From Macrostomum hystrix (taxonomy: Eukaryota > Animalia > Platyhelminthes), in assembly GCA_950097015.1 (NCBI GenBank), contig CATNEN010000025.1:9114001-9178000 (forward strand): DNA of 64,000 nucleotides, in the 5' to 3' direction. Below the pieces are notes generated by a model that was given only the letters and a program-made list of their open reading frames with translations, did not search any database and was not told where the DNA came from. Below are positions 24,201 to 36,200 of the stretch, in pieces. Both the position numbers and the translations under genes were made by a program. How positions within the stretch are numbered: the stretch's first letter is position 1; every line of letters starts with the position of its first letter.

Positions 24201-27200
24201 AAGGGACAAGAGGGAAGGAGAAGGAAGTGATAGGAGGGGTAGAGGGAAAGGACAAGAGGGAAGGAGAAGGAAGTGATAGGAGGGGTAGAGGGAAAGGACA
24301 AGAGGGAAGGAGAAGGAAGTGATAGGAGGGGGGAGAGAAGGGACAAGAGGGAAGGAGAAGGAAGTGATAGGAGGGGTAGAGGGAAGGGACAAGAGGGAAG
24401 GAGAAGGAAGGGATAGGAAGGGGAGAGGGAAGGGACAAGAGGGAAGAAGAAAGAAGGGATAGGAGGGGTAGAGGTAAGGGACAAGAGGGAAGGAGAAGGA
24501 AGGGATAGGAGGGGGGAGAGGGAAGGGACAAGAGGGAAGGAGAAGGAAGTGATAGGAGGGGGAGAGAGAAGGGACAAGAGGGAAGGAGAAGGAAGGGATA
24601 GGAGGGGGAGAGGGAAGGGACAAGAGGGAAGGAGAAGGAAATGATAGGAGGGGGGAGAGAAGGGACAAGAGGGAAGGAGAAGGAAGGGATAGGAGGGGGG
24701 GAGAGAAGGGACAAGAGGGAAGGAGAAGGAAGTGATAGGAGGGGTAGAGGGAAGGGACAAGAGGGAAGGAGAAGGAAGTGATAGGAGGGGTAGAGGGAAG
24801 GGACAAGAGGGAAGGAGAAGGAAGGGATAGGAGGGGGAGAGGGAAGGGACAAGAGGGAAGGAGAAGGAAGGGATAGGAGGGGGGAGAGAAGGGACAAGAG
24901 GGAAGGAGAAGGAAGTGATAGGAGGGGGAGAGAGAAGGGACAAGAGGGAAGGAGAAGGAAGTGATAGGAGGGGTAGAGGGAAAGGACAAGAGGGAAGGAG
25001 AAGGAAGTGATAGGAGGGGGGAGAGAAGGGACAAGAGGGAAGGAGAAGGAAGTGATAGGAGGGGTAGAGGGAAGGGACAAGAGGGAAGGAGAAGGAAGGG
25101 ATAGGAAGGGGAGAGGGAAGGGACAAGAGGGAAGAAGAAAGAAGGGATAGGAGGGGTAGAGGGAAGGGACAAGAGGGAAGGAGAAGGAAGGGATAGGAGG
25201 GGGGAGAGGGAAGGGACAAGAGGGAAGGAGAAGGAAGTGATAGGAGGGGGAGAGAGAAGGGACAAGAGGGAAGGAGAAGGAAGGGATAGGAGGGGGAGAG
25301 GGAAGGGACAAGAGGGAAGGAGAAGGAAGTGATAGGAGGGGTAGAGGGAAGGGACAAGAGGGAAGGAGAAAGAAGGGATAGGAGGGGGATATGTAAGTGA
25401 AGCAGGAGATGAGGGATGGGAGGAGAGGCTGAGACAGTGGATGGGTGATAGAATGCTGATATGAGCGCAGGCAACTGGCACAACTCGCCTCAATGGAGAA
25501 GTTGAGCTGAATGCTGCTCCGGCTGAAGCTGACTTCGCCATCGCCGGCGTCACTCTGCGAGCTTGACCCTTTTTGGCCCTTCTTTGGCTTCTGACCGCCG
25601 GTTAATAATTTGGCGTCCTGGTTGCCCTTGGTTACTGGCACGCTCTCCAAGTTGGTCATTAGCAGATTAATGGCGGCTTTTACCTCGTCGTAGTATAGAG
25701 GTTCCATGTCTTTGACGACGAATTTGGGAAATTTCCGATTCTGCAGGACAAGAATGCGCGTTATTAATGTAGCTATGTAAAGATCCCAAGTGATCTAATC
25801 ACGCATCCCTGTTGATTCTATCCCAGATCCCTGTGGAGACACAATTTTTTGTGTAAGATTTCAAAAAGAAGACTTGGCTGGAGATTTTGCGTGATGCAAT
25901 TCTTTCTCTTAGAATAAAGAATAGTTTAACGAATGGAGCTTTGGCAGACATGGCAGTCTGAAGCAGTTTTTTTAAGCCACACCCTATTATTGATCCCCTT
26001 TCCCCTTCCAGATTCCGCTTCCAGATTGTTAACGACCGGTTTATTAGGTAGGAAAAACTGCTTCTTAAGTTAGACTAATTTATTTCAAAACATACTAGGG
26101 TATTTCCAGCCCATAGACAACCGTCACCCTGGCATGGCCAAGAGGGTGCATAGAGCCCAGCCCATAGACAACCGTCACCCTGGCATGGCCAAGACGGTGC
26201 AGAGAGCCCAGCCCATAGACAACCGTCACCCTGGCATGGCCAAGACGGTGCATAGAGCCCAGCCCATAGACAACCGTCACCCTGGCATGGCCAAGAGGGT
26301 GCATAGAGCCCAGCACATAGACAACCATTACTTTGGCACGGCTAAGATTGCATAGTCCATAGAAATTCTTCCCAAAGGTCAAGATCCTGTGCAAAAAAAG
26401 TGGCATCGATAAGCAGACAATTTATGTGCCATTGACAGACCAACGTCAGTTGCGATGGAGAGAGATACAGAGAGAGAAGCGAGGGAAGGACACATAAATG
26501 GAAAAAGTAAGAGTCAGGTTACCAATGGGAATTTATTGGCTACCAGTTCATATAGGCGTGTCGCGCATAAAAATTATCCCAATCTATATCTGTCTATATT
26601 ACGCGGCGCTAATCTCCAAGTGGACCTTACCAAGCGCGCATCTCAACCATCTCTCTCCCATTCCTCTGTCTGGCCCAGCCAAACGGCCATCCAATTCCAG
26701 TCTAAAGCTGCTTTATAGTGCATCGCATGCAAATTTCTTGCCTACTATCATCTAGTAGGATTGGTTGGTGGTGGTGATGGGTGGGACAATTTACCAAAAA
26801 GCCCCATCACGCACTCGGCGGCCACTCTGCCCACCTCGCGAACCGACACTCCAAAAAGCCAGTAGGTTGGGCAGGCCCGGTCGCCCCACGCCCCAATACT
26901 CAATAGTTCTTCTAGCGCGCCACCTCAGCTAGCTCACGGTCTCCAGTGGGGCATGAAATTGCTAGAGCCTTAAATAACTGGGCTCGCGCTTTGAGAAATC
27001 TATACGCCTTTTTGGCGCAGACTTCCATCATCAGACAATGCTGTGCGGCGTTATCTGCATTCTCCCCAACAATTACAATCCCGAGCCGAAAAAAATATGA
27101 GTCGGCTCATTGTACTCTGATATCGCTGAGTCTTTCTGTCGTGTGGGATATTAGTTTTAATTTTTTATTAATCAATTTTTATGAGCAAGTACGGTGTGTA

Positions 27201-30200
27201 CTCATTTTTAGATTTTATGCCGGGTTAGTAGTTGTCATGGAAACAATACCGTGAACAGATGTTTCTGCACAAAAATTAGGGCTTGCAAAATACATTTTGC
27301 CCAATATTTAGACTTTGAAATAGAAACTTTAGTTCTTAGAAACTTTAGATTTCTGAAGACTCTGGCTTTGTGTAGGATTTTGGTTTTCATGTAAGATCTG
27401 AGGTTTTAATGTAAGATCTGGGGTTTTCATGTAAGATCTGGGGTTTTCATGTAAGATCTGGGGTTTCATGTAAGATCTGGGGTTTTCATGTAAGATCTGG
27501 GGTTTCATGTAAGATCTGAGGTTTTCATGTAAAATCTGGGGTTTCATGTAAGATCTGGGGTTTTCATATAAAATCTGGGGTTTCATGTAAGATCTGGGGT
27601 TTCATGTAAGATCTGAGGTTTTCATGTAAGATCTGGGGTTTCATGTAAGATCTGGGGTTTTCATGTAAAATCTGGGTTTTCATGTAAGATCTGGGGTTTC
27701 ATGTAAAATCTGGGGTTTCATGTAAGATCTGGGGTTTTCATGTAAGATCTGGGGTTTCATGTAAGATCTGGGGTTTCATGTAAGATCTGGGGTTTTCAGG
27801 TAAAATCTGGGGTTTCATGTAAGATCTGGGGTTTCATGTAAGATCTGAGGTTTTCATGTAAGATCTGGGGTTTCATGTAAGATCTGAGGTTTTCATGTAA
27901 GATCTGGGGTTTATGTAAGATCTGGGGTTTAATGTAAAATCTGGGGTTTCATGTAAGATCTGGGGTTTTCATGTAAGATCTGGGGTTTTCATGTAAGATC
28001 TGGGGTTTTCATGTAAGATCTGAGGTTTTCATGTAAGATCTGGGGTTTTCATGTAAGATCTGGGGTTTTCATGTAAAATCTGGGGTTTCATGTAAGATCT
28101 GAGGTTTTCATGTAAGATCTGAGGTTTTCATGTAAGATCTGACGTTTTCATGTAAAATCTGGGGTTTTATGTAAGATCCGGGTCCTTCGTGCAAGTTACT
28201 TAATTCGCAAAGTTTGTAATTGAAATTAATGTTTAAAAAAATTATTAGCTTTGCTAAATCATTTTCGTCTGTCCGTCTGCTGTTTAACAAAATTAGCATT
28301 GCAACAGTTTTATATTAGGCACTTATAGTGTAGTCTATAATTTTCAGCTTAAAAAACATTTACATTTACTTAAGATGAAAATTCAATTTCATTTCCGATA
28401 TCCAATAAGCCAAAATCATAGCTGCCACATACATAAATAATAGTGCAGATGATATAAGTGCATCCCGTGCAGGGTCAGGACTAGATCGCCGTTCCATTTA
28501 TCATATAAGAATATGCTAATCCCGTTACGAAGCATACAGATGCAAAACCAACAACTTTGAGATCTTCTCAGCGATATCAGACAAGTCGACTGCCAGCAGT
28601 TATCTCATTCCAGTACTCATATTCAAAGACTCTTTGTGATACTGTTTAAACAGAAAACTAATGTAAACAAGTTTCAAATGTGTTTCCAGCAACAATGGCC
28701 ATTGTGCATGTAGCTCTTTTTCAGCTTCGATTCTAGCTACTGTTCCTGCTTCGATTCTGGCTACTGTTCCTGCTTCGATTCTGGCTACCGTTCCTGCTTC
28801 GATTCTGGCTACTGTTCCTGCTTCGATTCTGGCTACCGTTCCTGCTTCGATTCTGGCTACTGTTCCTGCTTCGATTCTGGCTACTGTTCCTGCTTCGATT
28901 CTGGCTACTGTTCCTGCTTCGATTCTGGCTACTGTTCCTGCTTCGATTCTGGCTACTGTTCCTGCTTCGATTCTGGCTACTGTTCCTGCTTCGATTCTGG
29001 CTACTGTTCCTGCTTCGATTCTGGCTACCGTTCCTGCTTCGATTCTGGCTACTGTTCCTGCTTCGATTCTATTTTCTTTTTTCTGCTAGCAGTATGGATA
29101 CTGATTCTGGTTACTATTTGCTGTTTCGACTCTGGCTATAGCTAGCTAGTCTGTTGTCTAATATCAAAAGCAAATGTGACAAGTGGCTTGTATCCATATG
29201 TATCTGGCAACCCGTTCATTGTAGATTCAGAGCACTTAGTTCTATCCACCAAAAATGTAATGCGCGTACAAACGGTACTTTTTTGTCAACAGAAGATCTC
29301 AACCCGCCGGTTAAATCTCTCCTAGCAAAAATGCCTGCTAGTCTGTGACCCCATTTACATTCAAATCATGCTGCTAGTGTATTAACAGAAAATCAACAAT
29401 ATCAGAATAGTAGGGCTAGCCAATTAATTGTGGGCACGTGACATTCAACTGACAATAAAAATACCGGATACTGATAATTATAGAATGGGGGCATTGGAGC
29501 AGATACACAAGCTAAGTTTCTGCGTCATCTCATGCTATTTTTAGACAGTCATTTTTCGGCAAAAATGACTTCAATTGTTTTTTTCAATATCTCGATTGAC
29601 CCGGGAAAAAACAGAATATAAACAGGGGATAAAATTAAAAAGCCAAAAAATATTTTGTTCAGTCACTCACAGTCACTCGTAATTCACTCACAGTCCTTTG
29701 ATATTCACACAATGACCCTCTATACTCACACACAGTCCTTTGATATTCACACAATGACCCTCTATACTCACACACAGTCCTTTGATATTCACACAATGAC
29801 CCTCTATACTCACACACAGTCCTTTGATATTCACACAATGACCCTCTATACTCACACACAGTCCTTTGATATTCACACAATGACCCTCTATACTCACACA
29901 CAGTCCTTTGATATTTCACACAATGACCCTCTATATTCACATACAGTCCCTCTCCATTCACACATTGCTCCATATAATTATAGCGTTCCCATACAGTCCC
30001 TCGCCATTCACACACAGTTCCTCGCCATTCACACACAGTCCCTCGCCATTCACACACAGTTCCTCGCCATTCACACACAGTCCCTCGCCCTTCACACACA
30101 GTCCCTCGCTATTCACACACAGTTCCTCGCCATTCACACACAGTTCCTCGCCATTCACACACAGTCCCTCGCCATTCACACACAGTTCCTCGCCATTCAC

Positions 30201-33200
30201 ACACAGTCCCTCGCTATTCACACGCTCACCTTCTTCATGTCCTCGTAGCCGCTGAGTCTGGCGTCCAGCTCTCGCCTGACCTGAGCCGCCTGCTCGTCGG
30301 CGTTGTCCAACTGCAAGGTGCAAAAGTACATCAAGAGTTACTGTATATTTGATTCAAACAAAATAACTTAGCCAAAATATACCGGATACCAAGCAGGTAA
30401 GTAGGGGAACAACCTGACTTTAATTAGTAACTGTTGAATAAGCCTCACAGCTGCTAGAAAAGAAGCAGAAAGGCATAAATAATTTATTGAGAAATGCGGA
30501 CACGCAAACACGCGGAAGTATAGGAAAACACTGCCAAGACCAAGTGAGTGAGAGACAGAGGAAACCACTTGCAAATACAGACAGACAGAATCGCAGGTGA
30601 CATTGGCAAGCAGACGGGAAATGCTTCCAACTAAGTTAGTACTCTAGCACTAGGAGGCCTGCAAGTGACACTCAAAATAGTCACTTCTTCGGAACTGCAA
30701 AGAGTAATACACCCCGGGCGTCTGTCACTGGCAAATCACTAGATTTGTAGCTTATGCCTTATCTCTTATTCTACCTTTTCTTATCTTAAGATAAGCATAA
30801 AATTCTTAGCTATCTTAGCATAACCAGATCTCTGCCGAGTCTTAACTCTGCCGTGTCTCATCTCTCCCGCGTCTTAACTCTGCCGTGTCTCATCTCTCCC
30901 GCGTCTTAACTCTGCCGTGTCTCATCTCTCCCGCGTCTTAACTCTGCCGTGTCTCATCTCTCCCGCGTCTCATCTCTCCCGCGTCTCATCTCTCCCGCGT
31001 CTCATCTCTCCCGCGTCTCATCTCTCCCGCGTCTGAACTCTGCCGTGTCTCATCTCTCCCGCGTCTTAACTCTGCCGTGTCTCATCTCTCCCGCGTCTGA
31101 ACTCTGCCGTGTCTCATCTCTCCCGCGTCTGAACTCTGCCGTGTCTCATCTCTCCCGTGTCTCATCTCCCCCGTGTCTCATCTCTCCCGTGTCTCATCTC
31201 TCCCGTGTCTCATCTCTCCTGGGTCTTAACTCTGCCGTGTCTCATCTCTCCCGTGTCTCATCTCTCCCGTGTCTCATCTCTCCTGGGTCTTAACTCTGCC
31301 GTGTCTCATCTCTCCCGCGTCTTAACTCTGCCGTGTCTCATCTCTCCCGCGTCTCATCTCTCCCGCGTCTCATCTCTCCCGCGTCTCATCTCTCCCGCGT
31401 CTCATCTCTCCCGCGTCTGAACTCTGCCGTGTCTCATCTCTCCCGCGTCTCATCTCTCCCGCGTCTGAACTCTGCCGTGTCTCATCTCTCCCGTGTCTCA
31501 TCTCCCCCGTGTCTCATCTCTCCCGTGTCTCATCTCTCCCGTGTCTCATCTCTCCTGGGTCTTAACTCTGCCGTGTCTCATCTCTCCCGTGTCTCATCTC
31601 TCCCGTGTCTCATCTCTCCCGCGTCTTAACTCTGCCGTGTCTCATCTCTCCCGCGTCTTAACTCTGCCGTGTCTCATCTCTCCCGCGTCTTAACTCTGCC
31701 GTGTCTCATCTCTCCCGCGTCTCATCTCTCCCGCGTCTCATCTCTCCCGCGTCTCATCTCTCCCGCGTCTCATCTCTCCCGCGTCTCATCTCTCCCGCGT
31801 CTGAACTCTGCCGTGTCTCATCTCTCCCGCGTCTTAACTCTGCCGTGTCTCATCTCTCCCGCGTCTGAACTCTGCCGTGTCTCATCTCTCCCGCGTCTGA
31901 ACTCTGCCGTGTCTCATCTCTCCCGCGTCTGAACTCTGCCGTGTCTCATCTCTCCCGTGTCTCATCTCTCCCGTGTCTCATCTCTCCCGTGTCTCATCTC
32001 TCCCGTGTCTCATCTCTCCCGTGTCTCATCTCTCCCGTGTCTCATCTCTCCTGGGTCTTAACTCTGCCGTGTCTCATCTCTCCCGCGTCTCATCTCTCCC
32101 GTGTCTCATCTCTCCTGGGTCTTAACTCTGCCGTGTCTCATCTCTCCCGCGTCTTAACTCTGCCGTGTCTCATCTCTCCCGCGTCTCATCTCTCCCGCGT
32201 CTCATCTCTCCCGCGTCTCATCTCTCCCGCGTCTCATCTCTCCCGCGTCTGAACTCTGCCGTGTCTCATCTCTCCCGCGTCTCATCTCTCCCGCGTCTGA
32301 ACTCTGCCGTGTCTCATCTCTCCCGCGTCTCATCTCTCCCGTGTCTCATCTCTCCCGTGTCTCATCTCTCCCGTGTCTCATCTCTCCTGGGTCTTAACTC
32401 TGCCGTGTCTCATCTCTCCCGTGTCTCATCTCTCCCGTGTCTCATCTCTCCCGCGTCTTAACTCTGCCGTGTCTCATCTCTCCCGCGTCTTAACTCTGCC
32501 GTGTCTCATCTCTCCCGCGTCTTAACTCTGCCGTGTCTCATCTCTCCCGCGTCTCATCTCTCCCGCGTCTCATCTCTCCCGCGTCTCATCTCTCCCGCGT
32601 CTCATCTCTCCCGCGTCTCATCTCTCCCGCGTCTCATCTCTCCCGCGTCTGAACTCTGCCGTGTCTCATCTCTCCCGCGTCTTAACTCTGCCGTGTCTCA
32701 TCTCTCCCGCGTCTGAACTCTGCCGTGTCTCATCTCTCCCGCGTCTGAACTCTGCCGTGTCTCATCTCTCCCGCGTCTGAACTCTGCCGTGTCTCATCTC
32801 TCCCGTGTCTCATCTCCCCCGTGTCTCATCTCTCCCGTGTCTCATCTCTCCCGTGTCTCATCTCTCCTGGGTCTTAACTCTGCCGTGTCTCATCTCTCCC
32901 GTGTCTCATCTCTCCCGTGTCTCATCTCTCCTGGGTCTTAACTCTGCCGTGTCTCATCTCTCCCCTGTCTCATCTCTCCCCTGTCTCATCTCTACCCTGT
33001 CTTATCTCTCCCATGTCTTATCTCTCCCATGTCTTATCTCTCCCATGTCTTATCTCTCCCCTCTCTCATCTCTACCCTGTCTTATCTCTCCCCTCTCTCA
33101 TCTCTACCCTGTCTTATCTCTCCCGTATCTTATCTCTCCCCTGTCTTATCTCTCCCCTGTCTCATATCTCCCCTGTCTTATCTCTCCCCTGTCTTATCTC

Positions 33201-36200
33201 TCCCGCGTCTTAACTCTGCCGTGTCTCATCTCTCCTGCGTCTAATCTATGCCGTGTCTCATCTCTACCCTGTCTTATCTCTCCCGTGTCTCATATCTCCC
33301 GTGTCTTAACTCTGCCGCGTCTCATCTCTCCCCTGTCCGTGTCTCATCTATCGCCTGTCTCATCTCTCCCCTGTCTCATCTCTCCCCGTGTCTCATCTCT
33401 CTCCTGTCAAATTTCTCAATTTTTCAACTCTCTCGTGACTTTCTCTTTACTGTCTCATCTTTGTCTCATATTGATATGAGCAAGCGGCCTAACAAGGTCT
33501 AGTTTTTTATGCAAAAAGCGATGAAAGTGTCACTTTCAGAGGAAGCAGAAATCTAGACTATGTTAGCATTGAATTTCAATTAGGAATACACAAATAAGTA
33601 TATCTGATGCCATGCGAGTAGCTCATATTTCCCCCACCCGCTGTCTCTCTCGCCACTCCAAAGCAATTGCCACTTGTTTTCAGACGAGCTCAGTACATGT
33701 ACAGCCTCTGCGGCATCAATTAAGGAGAATACGGCCATTCTCCCCCCCACCCCTATCATTCCTCTGGGGACTAAGCGACTTGAGGACAGCCGAGAGATGA
33801 GGCTAGATTAGACAGTGAATGAAATGAGCCAATATGTAGACTGTAGAGGAATGCTGTCCATTTGCATAAGTACAACGAACAACCAACCAAAGCTTTCTGT
33901 TCTGGTATAAAACTCACGATTGAAAAGTTATCAACGAAAATAATTCTCGTTAGGAGAAATCTGAACAATCCCCTTGGGGAGGAGGCTAAATAAACAAAAT
34001 CATTTATCCCTGAGGCTAGGAGAATTTAGAAGAAAACACATTTTTATCCTATGCTCAAATTTGAATGAACAACAAATAATAATAAGGCGAACGAGCTGGG
34101 GGAATTAAGGCAGAAATGGCTATGTTCGGGTGGATTATATCGACTCGACACGAGATTCGCTTGTCGGTGAGGGATGGAGCTCACACGGGAGAGAAGCGGC
34201 ACCCATCTCGTCCGCCTCTCTTTTTCAGCCCTGTTGACACAGATGGAATTTGGGGGAAGTTTCTTGAAGCGGCCTGTCTGTCTATCCCCTTATGCAGCTA
34301 AGTAAATCCATATGGTGGCCGAGTCCGCACGCATCGAACAGCGGCTAGTGTGCTCAACTCAGCTTTCAGCAACTGTGCAGAACCGACATCCATGCATTAA
34401 CATTTGAAAAAATTGTGCCATGTTTTTGCAACCAATGCAATAATATGGGCTAGGACCCCCTTAAAGCTGTCAATAGCCTATTTTTTATTATCGAGTTTTA
34501 CCGCTTGTTGAAGCCTCAAACATTTAATCCCAATTTAGACCTTAGCCTGACTAAACTGACCTGAAGTTTGGATCTTAACCTGATTAAACTGACCTGAAGT
34601 TCGGATCTTAGCCTGATTAAACTGACCTGAAGTTCGGATCTTAGCCTGACTAAACTGACCTGAAGTTTGGATCTTAACCTGATTAAACTGACCTGAAGTT
34701 CGGATCTTAGCCTGATTAAACTGACCTGAAGTTTGGATCTTAACCTGATTAAACTGACCTGAAGTTTGGATCTTAGCCTGATTAAACTGACCTGAAGTTT
34801 GGATCTTAGCCTGATTAAACTGACCTGAAGTTCGGATCTTAGCCTGATTAAACTGACCTGAAGTTTGGATCTTAACCTGATTAAACTGACCTGAAGTTTG
34901 GATCTTAGCCTGATTAAACTGACCTGAAGTTTGGATCTTAGCCTGATTAAACTGACCTGAAGTTTGGAACTTAGCCTGATTAAACTGACCTGAAGTTTGG
35001 ATCTTAGCCTGATTAAACTGACCTGAAGTTTGGATCTTAGCCTGATTAAACTGACCTGAAGTTTGGATCTTAGCCTGATTAAACTGACCTGAAGTTTAGA
35101 TATTAGCCTGATTAAACTGACCTGAAGTTTAGATATTAGCCTGATTAAACTGACCTGAAGTTTGGATCTTAACCTGATTAAACTGACCTGAAGTTTGGAT
35201 CTTAGCCTGATTAAACTGACCTGAAGTTTGGATCTTAGCCTGATTAAACTGACCTGAAGTTTGGATCTTAACCTGACTAAACTGACCTGAAGTTTGGATC
35301 TTAGCCTGATTAAACTGACCTGAAGTTTAGATATTAGCCTGATTAAACTGACCTGAAGTTTAGATATTAGCCTGATTAAACTGACCTGAAGTTTGGATCT
35401 TAGCCTGATTAAACTGACCTGAAGTTTGGATCTTAGCCTGATTAAACTGACCTGAAGTTTGGATCTTAGCCTGATTAAACTGACCTGAAGTTTGGATCTT
35501 AACCTGATTAAACTGACCTGAAGTTTAGATATTAGCCTGATTAAACTGACCTGAAGTTTGGATCTTAGCCTGATTAAACTGACCTGAAGTTTGGATCTTA
35601 GCCTGATTAAACTGACCTGAAGTTTGGATCTTAGCCTGATTAAACTGACCTGAAGTTTGGATCTTAGCCTGATTAAACTGACCTGAAGTTTGGATCTTAG
35701 CCTGATTAAACTGACCTGAAGTTTGGATCTTAGCCTGATTAAACTGACCTGAAGTTTGGATCTTAGCCTGATTAAACTGACCTGAAGTTTAGATATTAGC
35801 CTGATTAAACTGACCTGAAGTTTGGATCTTAGCCTGATTAAACTGACCTGAAGTTTGGATCTTAGCCTGATTAAACTGACCTGAAGTTTGGATCTTAGCC
35901 TGATTAAACTGACCTGAAGTTTGGATCTTAGCCTGATTAAACTGACCTGAAGTTTGGATCTTAGCCTGATTAAACTGACCTGAAGTTTGGATCTTAACCT
36001 GATTAAACTGACCTGAAGTTTGGATCTTAACCTGATTAAACTGACCTGAAGTTTGGATCTTAGCCTGATTAAACTGACCTGAAGTTTAGATATTAGCCTG
36101 ATTAAACTGACCTGAAGTTTGGATCTTAACCTGATTAAACTGACCTGAAGTTTGGATCTTAGCCTGATTAAACTGACCTGAAGTTTGGATCTTAGCCTGA

